Origin: Camelus dromedarius
Lineage: Eukaryota
Assembly: GCF_036321535.1 (NCBI RefSeq)
Contig: NC_087436.1
Span: forward strand, 27,282,001 to 27,346,000
DNA: 64,000 nt
Direction of reading: 5' to 3'
Both the position numbers and the translations under genes were made by a program. Below are positions 52,705 through 64,000 of this stretch, in pieces; within the stretch, counting starts at the first letter, position 1, and each line of letters opens with the position of its first letter. A model generated the notes under the pieces. The model was not told the origin of the DNA. It ran no database searches and was given only the letters and a program-made list of their open reading frames with translations.

Positions 52705-53170
52705 TCCTGCCCTAGTCTGGGTTTAAACAGAAGCAGACTCTGAGACAATGATTTGAATGAAAAGAGGATTTTAGGGGAGGAGAGTATATGATATATAACT
52801 TAAAAATGAAGAAGTGATTAAGGGCAGAGAAGTCATCCAATAAATTATATGTTATTAAACCAGATACCACAGTTATCTGGAGAGATTCTAGGGAAGAGTA
52901 TAAAATGCATGCTTTAGAACTATCCACCTAAGGGATAAAGAAAATGAGTATTTTATACATAAATGTTTAAGGCCCTTGGTTAAGGGCTGCTCTTAGGAGA
53001 TGTGAATTCCTTGGAACTTCTAGCTCATCTTATAGATGATCTTCCATGACTCTAGAGAATAAGTCCTCAGGCATAGAAATGAATAAAGGAGGAGAAGGAA
53101 GTTGTTCACTGGAGGCACTTGGGCAGGTTGTTCTGAGACATACGAGTTGGGCCCTGACAAAGTCTGCCAC
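52705..53170. mobile_element. Old ERVL-type LTR inserted in L2
   Basis: tagtctgggtttaaacagaagcagactctgagacaatgatttgaatg...ttattaaaccagataccac...ttggttaagggctgct. Confidence 0.65.
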
Positions 53171-53174
53171 AAGC

Positions 53175-54750
53175 CCATGCCGTGCCTTCTACCTTGTATC
53201 CGAGGGAGTCACTCCACAACCCTCCCTTCATTCTCTTTCTTAGATATTTTTTCTTTCTACTAGATCTTCTTTATTGGCATATAAGTAGGGTTTTAGTTCC
53301 TCATTCTTAAAGAAAAAGAGCCTCTCTTGACTCCCTTTGCCACCCATTATCACCCATTTCTCTACTTCTCATAAGAAAAGAAAAGGAAAGAAAAAGCTTT
53401 AAAGACTTGTCTATCCTTGTGGTTTTATGTCTTCTCTACCCATTTCTTTTCCTACAAGAGTTATCAGCGCTGATATCCACAGAGCTGAACCCACTGTGCA
53501 ATTCTCAGTTCTCATCTCACTTCACCCATCATCATTTATCACAATTGTTCACTTTCTCCTGCTTGAAACACTTTCTCTATTTGAAATTCAAGATGCCACA
53601 CTTTCCCGGCTTAACTCAGCACATACTCCTTTGCGGTGTCTTTTAGAAGTTTCTACTCCATTTATAGTATTTAAAGATCAGAAATTTTCACTTCTCAGAC
53701 TCCGAACCTCTTCTGTCTTCTATCCACACTCACTTGCTTGGTCATCGTAAGAATTAAGTATTGGATGATCCCAGGAATGACCCCAAAATTCTGTTTCCCA
53801 GGTTTAAAAAACTGCATTTTGATGTTTCACATGGATCTCAAACTTAATATGCTAAACTCTTATCTGCTGTTCACCTTAACACTACCTCCTTCATACACAC
53901 ATGCCTACTCCTACACCAACCTAATCAATAACCACTCCATCGTATAGTTGCTCAAGCCAGAAACTTAGAGTCAACCTTACCTCTTTCTTTCACATCTTGT
54001 ATCTTACCTGGTCCACCAATCTTGTCATTTCTACTAACAAAATATATCCAGCAACACTTGACTTCTCATTATCAACATGGCTGTCACCTACTTCCCAGTC
54101 ACTGTCTCCTCTCCGCTGGTTTGAAAGTAGCCTCCTAACGTTTTTCCTCCCATGTCTACCCCGGTGCTTATATTATACAGAGGAATGAAAATGTCATTTG
54201 TAGAACACATCTATAATCTCTACTCAGCTCTTCCAATGACTTTCCATCCCACTCGGAGAAATAAAAAACCCTCGACAGATGGTCTAGAAGGTCCCAGCCC
54301 TGTCCTGTCTCTGACCTCCTACCACGCTTCCCCTTCCCACACCACTCCGGCCACTGTTCTTTGTCTTCCTAGAGCCCTGCAGACGTGCTTCTGTCTCAGA
54401 GTCTGTACTGGCTGTTTCCTCTGCCTGGAATGTACTTCTGTGAAATATCTACATGGCTTACTGTCTCACTTCTTTTAGGTCTTTGATCAAATTCTGTCTT
54501 TTCAGTAAGGTCTTCCTTGACTACTCTATTAAAAATTCCACCTTATCAGGGTTCCCTGTACCTCTTAGTCTGCTTTATTCTCTTTATAGCCCTTACTCAC
54601 CATTTGACATTCTCTGTATTTCATCTTTATTATTCTTGCCTCTCACTCTCTGCCCTACAGAAGGCAAGATTCACAAGAGCAAGAGGCTTGCTTTGTTCAT
54701 TTAGCAGTGTATGATACATAGGTACCCCGTAACTGTTGGCTGAGTGAATA
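53175..54750 (+). mobile_element. L2 LINE (RT remnant through 3' end); upstream part at about 52430-52705
   Basis: ORF 53427-53750 contains FSVLISLHPSSFITIVHFLLLETLSLFEIQDATLS, similar to L2 RT (LILLDLSAAFDTVDH.LLLETLS.LG..D.TLSW). Ends tagcagtgtatgatacataggtaccc...tgagtgaata. Confidence 0.85.
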
Positions 54751-55063
54751 ATAAAATTGATGAGTGAAAACTAGTAGACATTCTCATTGATGGCTAACTC
54801 TATATAGTAAATATCCCTAAATATCATAGTACTCTTTTAAACAATCTGAGTATAATGTTTTGAATCTGGGAGCACAATTAATAAAGGTCAGATAAAAACT
54901 ATTATTTACCTATTCAATGTCGCTGCAGATTTTATGTGCCTACCTGGATAAGTTCACTTTGATATTTCTCAGCTTACTTTTGGCTTCTTTTGGGGCAAGC
55001 CATTGGAGAAAGCATTGACAGATATTTGTCCATATTATCCAAAACAAACTGTTATTTTAGGTA

Positions 55064-55552
55064 TGTTATTTTAGGTTCTCTTAGAATTAGATACCACTTT
55101 GGGATTAAATATGCAAAAAAAATGTTTTAAGGGAAATATCTGTGAGAGAGAATGGGAAGGGAGCCTGGGAACGTTGGGAGAGCCATGAGGCCCCAGTTCA
55201 AGTTAGTCATCAAGTAAGGGAGAGAGGGAAGGAAGAAAGGAAGGAAGGAAATAGGAAAGGAAGGAAGATTGGGTGAACACATGTAGACTACCATGAGTTC
55301 TAAAGGAGTTTTAGCAAAGTCATTAGAAAGTCCATGAGACAAAGTCATCTGTCAGAGGAGTCTTGCTTCCCCCAGGGACAGGCTTGCCACAGTGTCCCTG
55401 ATGGCTGAGCCACTGGCAGGGAGCAGACCATGGGAACTTAGCCTCAGCCTTCAGTGTCAACACAGATTCCAGAGGGCAGCAGATGGGTCCTTGGATCAAG
55501 TAACTTATCTGCCTTCAGAGATGTAAAAAGCACATTCTCAGTAGCTACCACA
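55064..55552. mobile_element. Old ERVL-type LTR with internal (GGAA)n
   Basis: gggaaatatctgtgagagagaatgggaagggagcc...caaagtcatctgtcagaggagtc...ctggcagggagcag...cacattctcagtagctaccaca. Confidence 0.65.
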
Positions 55553-57134
55553 TTCAGTAAAATTCTTTTAGATTATTTTATATTATACGATCTTGTAGAA
55601 ATCCTCATCTACATTCACTACCCATGAACAAGAAAATTCATATGCAGCAAATAGCCTTAAAATAGTCAATTAAATAGATCTATGCTTTGTGAATGTTTAA
55701 GTGACTCTCTGCTTGCATTTTATTTTTGTGTTAGGCTGTGAGTGTATGCAGGTCTAGAAGTAGAAGGACTAGGCACCAATTTGAGGGACTCTGGAATTCC
55801 CTGAATATTCCTGTCTGTATGAAAACAAGGTAAACTGTCCCCAACATATGTCAACAGGATGGAAAATGGTGGCAGATACATCTGCTTCACTTAAAAAGTA
55901 ATTTATATTCAAATAGAATTATGTAAGACTTGGGGATTTTTAAATGATTTTCATTCCAGAGCTTTGTCTATTCTCCTTTAAGAGAGTGTAAGTAATGTAA
56001 AATATTATTCTAAAAGATTATAATATAATGGGGTTCTGCTTTCAAAAATAAAAAAGTTATCGTAATTCTCTGATTCATGAGCATGCTTTCCATTTGCTTT
56101 CATTGCATTGATTTGGAAATTATACAAAGTTTGATGTATAATTGTGTTGATTTAACATTTATAAATTATGTCCTTTAAAATATTTAAGAAACTTTTAAAA
56201 TATAAATATATAAATATTTAAAAATATAGATTTACTGAAAAAGAGAAATGCTTACCTCAAGTGGGGAAGGGAACACTTGTTAGCTTGTGAATAACATTTT
56301 TTTTTTTGTACTAAAGCACTGACCTGAATTTACATCTTTTATCTAGTAGCTAAAATTTGCTCTGCCTGTAGGAACAGCCATTACGTTCCTACCATAGCAA
56401 TGCTGTTCACCCAAGCAGAATCTCAAGAGCCCTTTGAGTCAGACTGCCCACAGTAGCTATATTTAACCAGCTTCTCAAAAAACAAGCTACACTATTTCTT
56501 ATAAGAATACCTGATAGTTGCTTAAGGATAAACTAACACAATAGGAGGCAGCTTTTTTGTAACAAAGAATCTCACTTATGAGAGAGAAAGAGAATTTCAA
56601 AGAAAAAAAAATCTATATCTTAAAATTTTACTCAATCTGAATGCCATGTAAATATCTACATTAATAATCTGTCATTTACTTTTACAGAGTGAAGGCTTAT
56701 TGTAGCATACATAAGTTAGTGATTTAAGCTACAAAATGATTGTGTCTCACATGTGTGGTATACAGGGTTGCAAAAATATGTTGAAATAATTAAAGTTATA
56801 GGCTTCTCTTTCCAGCTCTTCAGAATATGAATGAATTGGTCATCTTTTAAGCTTCTTATAGATGCTAATTTGCATCTATTAAAACAAATTCCTAAGCTTT
56901 GATGTTCATTTTTATTGAGATTTCACATATTTTTCTTATCTTCTTTCTCTCTATGGTGACACATGCAATGGTCTTCACACTGATACAAACAGAAAATCTC
57001 TGAGGAAATTTCTTTTAACGCGATTTGGTCACTCATCCATGACTGTTGTGTTTATCCTGCTACACGACTAGTTTCAATAGAAAATGGCAGTGTTTTCCAA
57101 AGTGTGAGCTGTGGGCACATAATTTCTTTCCTAC

Positions 57135-57342
57135 ACCTTAGTTTCCAGGGGGATCTTGTTAAAAATAATGTCTCTTGAAGTCACCTCACACATACTAAGA
57201 AAGGAATTATGGGGCGATGTAGGAATCATTTTAAACCAGCAACCCAGTGTCTTTTGCCACTGTCTTTTGTCCAAAAGACAGAAGAAACAAAAAGTGCCCA
57301 AAACCCACTGTCTTTTGCCCAGGACAGCCTGAGGTCCATTGA
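57135..57342. mobile_element. MER5A-like hAT-Charlie remnant
   Basis: ccagggggatcttgttaaaaat...cacctcaca...ggaatcattttaaaccagcaacccagtg...tgaggtccattg. Confidence 0.5.
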
Positions 57343-59354
57343 TATAAGATCTGAATTCAGTGCTTAGAGTTATTGATTAAATAGGATTTTCAAAATACTC
57401 ATTTATTTGGTTAGTTTTCGGCATGGCATGAATAATGCTAAAATGCTGTTAGAATAGTTTGTGTTTTTATCATTATACATCACTAGATCCATACTTATTG
57501 GAACAGTCATAGTTTAAATGGCTTCTTTCATGCACATATTACCTCTGAGAGCATGCAGTGATATGATTTTTAAATATAAACGTTTTTACAGAAATTCATT
57601 GCAAACTTGCTGACATATGGGGGAAATAGTTTAATCGGTAAATTAATCAGTAGGTTTGCAAAGTTTGGAGAAAGAGAAGACATATTCTACTGAATGATAA
57701 AACACATAGCAGACTCCACATTTGACTCAGCTGCCACCAAGAAAATTCATCTCCATGTCATCTATAAAAGAGTCCCATCATATACTAATTTAATCGTTCT
57801 TTGCCTCATCTGAAATACCATTAAATTAAATTTAAAAATTTTTTCAGACTTGAATAACCATAGAGAAATATTTTAACATACCTTTGTTAAATTCTTCACT
57901 AGTGGATATAACTTCTTTTTCAATTTCTTTTTAGTCATGTTTATTTTTTCTGCTTGGTGAAAATACCCGTATAACTGCTATTTGTGTAAATGAGTGCTTA
58001 GGGATTTCCTCAAATCAAAACTCACCACAAAGAGACATCAAATGGAATATTTGGGTGAGTTGCTTGCATTTTGGGGTGGTGCTTTGTGTAGGGGACAGCA
58101 CTCTCCACGTGCATGTTTTCTAGATTTCTGCTGCTTCCATGGGTCCCACCTTCACTTTCACCTCCATTTAATATGCACATAAAAATAACCTAACAGTTAT
58201 GTGCAGACATGTGGAGAACCGAACAGCATTTCCAAGCACACTTAGCCTATTTTCCATTATATTCTTAGAGGAACACCTAGCAGATGCTAAGCAGGAAGCC
58301 ATGTGTAAGTACAAATTTGAATTTCTCTTAATTTATGTTATTGCTGAGAACCAAAAGAGTATAAAATTTTCAATTCTTTCATGATTTGGGGTGTCAAAAG
58401 TACTTTGTAAAGACTGAGGAGTTGAATGAAATACTTTGTATCATGATCATGAACAGCAAAATCTCTGACTGATACAGTTTATGGAAACTATTATGTGGAT
58501 GAACTAACATTCATTGAGAATTTACGACATGCCAGGCACTGAGTCATCCATGCATGTATATGTCACCCCATTAAACTTCACTAAAGAAACACAAACATGC
58601 ATGTTGTATTATAGCACTTGACCAAGAGAAATAACTTCTCAAAGATCCTTTGTTCATTAATGCACTGATCCATGCATTATTGGCCTTAATTAAACTCATC
58701 TAAAATATTTACATAATAATATAGCAAGGATGAAGGTAAAATTATTTATGTATATAGTACCTATAAACATATTACCATAGATGCAAATACATATAAAATT
58801 TAGTTAATGGCTTTATTAAAGCTCCATTGGATACAAGAAAGTGAAATAATTCTTAGGTGAAACATGCTATAGAATCAAGATATAAATAATTCAAGTATGT
58901 CCCCTAAATAAGCAAATTTGGACTTTTTAAACTGTAAGTAAATGTCTCCAGTAATAAATCCTGTCTCCTTAACTCAAATCATGAATTGATACCAGTAGCA
59001 TGAAAATGACCAAGCTGTATGATAGTCTAATCCATTTTTCTGCTTTGAATAGTCCTTTTGTAACCAGTTTCAATGAAGAAAGCATGTAGATATTACAAAT
59101 ATCCAAAGGCAGCTATAGTCATCTGGCATTTATTGCCTATAGTAAATTGTTAATATCTAGGATTCTACTTGATAAACATAGAAAATAAATTAGCCTTAAT
59201 ATTAGTGCAATGAGTTGTTTCAATAATTGTAATAAACCACATTAGTGACACACAAGATCTTGAATAAAATTATGGTGCCAATCTAAATACAGTTTGGGCA
59301 GGAAAATCAGGATAAGTGATGACTTTCATATAATAAAATTTTAAAATAACTGAA

Positions 59355-59588
59355 CACTCATTCATTCATTCAAAAATATTTATTGAGTGCCTACTATATG
59401 CTATACATTTTTCTAGATGCTGAAGATAGAGCAGTCAACAAAACAGATCAAATCTCTAGTCTCACTATTTACTGGAACATACATTCTAGTTAGGGGCAGG
59501 TGTGGAGATAAAACATTTCAAAATTAACCAGGAGATATGGAATATGTTAGGTGATAGGAAGTAATATAATGGAAAATAAAGCAGAATA
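59355..59588 (-). mobile_element. L2 3' end
   Basis: cattcattcattcaaaaatatttattgagtgcctactatatgc...gatagagcagtcaacaaaacaga. Confidence 0.9.
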
Positions 59589-59589
59589 A

Positions 59590-59820
59590 TGTGGTGGCAA
59601 TCTGGAGCAGGCTCATGCCAGCTCTCTAGAATTGATTTTTAATTGATTATTATGGTTTCAGGAATTTTTGCAAGCTGTTTTAAGTTTCAACCACCAGTAG
59701 CTTAAAGTAAGTTGTATGAGAATATTTCACACCACAGAAATTGGAAATTGGCAGATCTACAAATCAGGGAGCTCCTTTTCCTCCACTGTCCCACAGAAGC
59801 TATTAAACATTGATCACTAG
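59590..59820 (+). mobile_element. MER63A-like hAT-Blackjack element nested in L2
   Basis: ctggagcaggctcatgccagctc...ttcaggaatttttgcaagc...tatttcacaccacagaaattgg...ctacaaatcaggg...ttaaacatt. Confidence 0.75.
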
Positions 59821-60264
59821 AATCAGATGTGCTGGGTGGGGGTGGACATTAAGTGAAAAGAAGGAGCCATGCAGATATTCTTAAATAAAGATCCTAATTT
59901 AAAAAATTCTCCTCTTTCTCAATCTGTCACATAATCACTTCAATTTCAGTACTGCTCTGTGTGTGGGGGTGTTTACACATACACAGCTAGTGGAATGAGG
60001 AAGAAAAGTACAGTAGTTAAAACCAAATATCGAATAAAGTTTTTCTAAGATTTTTAATTCAAATTTCTTTCTCTTTTTCTATTTTATCTCTAAATTTCTG
60101 TAGTCTTATCTGTGAAATGGGGATAATGTAACTTACTGTAAAAGTTGGCTCGTAATGACATAGGTAATATGCCTTTATCATAGTGATAGTTTAATAAAGG
60201 TTAAATATTATCATCAGTATTAATGCTATTACTGCTCTAGTTATTACTTTTAATAGCAAGAAAA

Positions 60265-60467
60265 CAATTATATATTTGAAAGTTGCTGAGAAAGTATATC
60301 TTTTAAGTTCTCATCACAAGAAAAAATTATAGGTATGTAAAGTAATGGGTGTTAACTGAACTTAGCGGTGTAACCATTTCACAATCTATATACAGCAAAT
60401 CATTATGTTGTTCACCTTAAATTAATACAATGTTATATGCCAATTTTCTCTCAATAAAACTGGAAAA
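60265..60467 (+). mobile_element. L1MA9-like 3' terminus with TSD
   Basis: tttgaaagttgctgaga...gttctcatcacaagaaaaaa...aatcattatgttgttcaccttaaa...ctcaataaaactggaaaaa. TSD aatagcaagaaaa (60252-60264) / aatagcaaaaaaa (60468-60480). Confidence 0.88.
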
Positions 60468-60594
60468 AATAGCAAAAAAAATGTTCAGGGATATAGGTTG
60501 ATTTTTCCATTGTTGCCATTAGCTACAAAATTTACTTGGCCATTTTTTCCAGAATAAATATAATAATAATTTTAATTTTAATAATTAATAATTT

Positions 60595-60800
60595 GGTAAT
60601 TATTTAATTCCACCATGCAAAGCTATTTACTTCCATTAACTCACTTATTTCTTACAACCATGATTTTTATCAACACGATAAACATTATTGATATCTTCAT
60701 TTTGTAGATGAGGAAACTAAGCTTAGAAATGTTAAGTAACTATCCAGAGTGAGAATCCCAAAGCAGTCCTGAGGACTTTCAAATCCTGTGCTCTCACAGT
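60595..60800 (-). mobile_element. MIR
   Basis: cttcattttgtagatgaggaaactaagcttagaaatgttaagtaactatcca. Confidence 0.8.
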
Positions 60801-62234
60801 CTGCATGGAATGCTGGTTCAAAAATTTAGTTGCAACAGTGCTTAGTAATATTTCCTAAAAAATTAGACATATTTATCACTGGAGTTAACCAATGCAGAGA
60901 ATAAACCAAAATTAAGAACATTCTTTAATATTTTTCTTCTTCTATTTAAATGTTCTAAATCTATGGGTGTCAAATATTTAGTATAATTAGTGAGAATGTT
61001 GTGTCGTGTATTAATGAGCATTTTCCAAAGGATCAGGGATTTATTAAATTATATAAGTGTTTTAAATGTATTCCAGATCTGACCTAAATTCAGAAATGTT
61101 TTCTTGCAAGTCACAAGGAATTTTAAGGACAATATTAGATTGATGGTGCTGATTCCCAAAGCTTTGCTTTCCTTAATATTTTTTTCTATTTTAAGAGGAT
61201 TGGCAGTATTGTGAATCAGTACTTAAAAGAATGTATCCTTAACTTACACTGAAAATATTATTTTAAAAATGTTTGTGTTTAATGTTTTTAGATTGTAAAA
61301 TACATGCAAACAGAAACATACCACATAAATCATTATTTAAATAGCTTAAATTCAAATGTCAACTTCACAAATCACCCCGCTCTATAGATGGTCTTTTAAG
61401 ACCAGAAGATATATTTTGACATGTAACATTTTAAGAAAATACTCAAAAATGCAGAAAACATTAAAGTAAGATTTACTAATTTTTACACATGTGATACCTT
61501 GTTTTATTTAGGTGTATTCACATAGACACACTTGCACAAAGTCACACACAACTGTACTATTTACCATAGCTTTGAAAGATGATATTTTTTATATTGAATT
61601 ATTCATAAAATCCTAAGGCTAATTTATACATGAAAGAAAAGAAAAACGTAACTCTTGCTCATAAATCTTTATTTATGAATAGAAATCTAAAAGATTTATA
61701 ATCACTACGTTATGGCAAGTTTTTATCACATGATGTATTAACTTGCAATCAGACTCAGTAGAGAAGTCCTGTAGTGGTAAATAAATCACGGGATATTTGG
61801 TTTGGAGAAAACCTCCTGGGAGTGATCATGTACACAAGCCTGGGAGGAGGGGAGATGAGGGGTCTCAATACCCCCTAGAGTTTTAATTAGATTGAATGAG
61901 CATTCACTTTACTGTGAGGAACAATACTCTCTGTTCTTAAAAAGATACCTCATTATAAGCCAATTGTATAGATGTACAAATTTAACACTTAACTCCCCAA
62001 ATCTGGCATTGGTTTATATCACTTGTGTATGAATTCCTCCATGATAAGAACAATTGTAGTTATCTTGCTAAATTAAGTTAAATTCTTAAACTGAATTGTT
62101 AGAAATTTTAATCACAAATGTGTAAGGGTGCTTCTGTTTTCCATTGCAATTAAGCAGAAATACTGTTTTTTACATAGTCAAGGTAATTCAGAGACATGTT
62201 TTTAATTTAATGTGATTCTTTTAATATATTTAAC

Positions 62235-62440
62235 GCCTCAGTAACTCCATTACTTACTTGCTGTGTGATCTTGGGCAAGTTGTTTTACCTCTCTGTGCCT
62301 CAATTCCATAATTTTTATAATGAAAACAATAATAGTCACTACTTTATAGGAATACCATAAAGATTAATGAGTTAATACATGTAGAACATTTAGAGAAACC
62401 TTTTGCACAAAATACACACTGAAGAAACATTTGCTGTTAC
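62235..62440 (+). mobile_element. MIR
   Basis: acttacttgctgtgtgatcttgggcaagttgttttacctctctgtgcctcaattcc...aagattaatgagttaatacatgtagaacatttaga. Confidence 0.9.
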
Positions 62441-64000
62441 TCATCAAAGCTAGGCCAATTTACTGGAAGCACCCACGCCCTTCCAACCAGCTTTGGACAC
62501 CAGCTCACCAGTTTGTAATGCTTAGACATCGTTTGTCAAGTTTCCATAGTTTCCCTTCATGGTTTCCTCTACAGTTTGGGTGGAGAATATTAGTTGAGTC
62601 TAGTTTTCCACATCTCAAAACCTTCCCCCTGTTCTCAAGGCTTTGCATTTTTCTAACCTTTCTATAGTTTCTCAGTTATTTGCTCTGTTATAAAGTGTTT
62701 GTAATATTATTTTTATTAAGATAATACTCTCATTAAGAATTTTAAATTATTAAGAAAGCTATTTAAATTGTATATGAGAATGCATTACATATACAATTTT
62801 CCAAAATTTAATACAGCTGGTACTTCTTAAGAAGATAGTTCATAGTTACAAAAGCAGCACTGAGGAGGTGTTGTGAGTAAATTCTTATTAATGTATTGTT
62901 TGTATACATTAGTATAGTTATTTACAGTAAGTATATTAAATGTTGTATGCAGATGCTTTTTCAATTGAGGCAATGTCCTAGAGACATTGTTTTAAGTACA
63001 ATAACATGAATATAGTCTCCTCATTTTCTTAGTCTTTGAGAAACATCATTTTTACAATTCTTTACAATGTAAAGATAATAACATACCCATGAGTATTTTA
63101 TCAGGGGTAAATAATTTCATTTTCTCACTAATCCATAAAGAGTATTTAGGAATATGTTTTTACACTGTTCTTGTTTTGAGTTCCTTCTTTTCACAAACCA
63201 ACCGCACAGGTGTATGATGACTCTGGCTCTCTGCTTCCTACAAGCTCCTTACCCTTAATCTCCAATCAACTTTCATTGTTGGTCTGTCTATCTTGCTATG
63301 TCCCTCCCTGAGAAAATTCCATACTGCAATGGGAATTATTTGGAGTTCTTTTTTGAAGGGCCAGGTAGCTTTCAGAATAGCTGCACAGTAATGGGACAAC
63401 AGTTACTGAACTGGGTGTCACACAGGGTGAGACACTTTCTCATTATGGACATAATGTCTGTCTTTATTTTCTCTCCCCTTTTCCTCAACCACCTCCCTTC
63501 CTCCTCAGGAATCCCATTAATCCCTCTGTCACTCTTTGTCTCTTAAAAACTAAGCTTCCCACGTGTTGGGCAGAAGCTGCAGAAAACCTCTTCTAATTAT
63601 CTGCTCAGTCACTTGGGCATGATGGAGACGGTAATTATTGTTCCACAGTTAAGGCAAAAGTGGGTACTCAAAGATCACTTCCGTCTCCTTCACTGTTAAT
63701 GGATTTTCTTTGTCCCCCCCCCCCCGCCTTTTTTTTTCTTTCAGCTCATTCAAGGTATTTTATTTCTTAGTTCTTCCCTTAAGAGGCAAGCACATCTCCC
63801 TAAGGTATGCAAATTAACTTTTCTTGAGAAAAACAAACAACTGCACCACTCCCCCCAAAATTAATTGTACATGGGGAATGCATGCTCATTTTCCCATCAC
63901 CTGGGCTTTGACAACATTGTTAATGAAGTAACAAACCTCACATAGTCATATAAAGGAACAGTTATGGGACTCTTCCTCAACTCAGCTCCATTTCAAGAGC

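Noticed and set aside
53407..54714. Dense cluster of + strand ORFs
   Set aside because: All lie within a decayed, frameshifted L2 element. Pyrimidine-rich sequence yields few stop codons.
63745..63754. Possible 10-nt microexon (tttcag|ctcattcaag|gtattt) after a C/T tract
   Set aside because: Weak donor, length not a multiple of three, and no other supporting exons.
1..64000. Prokaryote-style systems (CRISPR, operons, defence loci), tRNA/rRNA/snRNA genes, processed pseudogenes
   Set aside because: The sequence is mammalian repeat-rich DNA. I saw no spaced repeat arrays, long ORFs or recognisable structural RNA motifs.

Overview
AT-rich, CpG-depleted mammalian genomic DNA, either intergenic or deep intronic. 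I found no recognisable protein-coding exon, RNA gene, CpG island or CRISPR array. The window is dominated by transposable-element fossils: L1 of several ages, L2, MIR, MaLR/ERVL LTRs, one ERV1-type solo LTR, and Tigger and hAT DNA transposons, plus microsatellites. The youngest L1 3' ends resemble camelid/cetartiodactyl L1s, and I saw no Alu, B1, Bov-tA, PRE-1 or CHR-2 SINEs; the species is therefore an inference. ORF-track entries are chance ORFs or L1/L2 remnants. I found no convincing novel biological system. The most notable items are insertion-mechanism scars (TSDs, a fold-back at an L1 orientation switch, a templated insertion), two motif-dense candidate enhancers and a few weak candidate exons. 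Repeat family names come from recalled consensus sequences, and boundaries are approximate unless a TSD is quoted.
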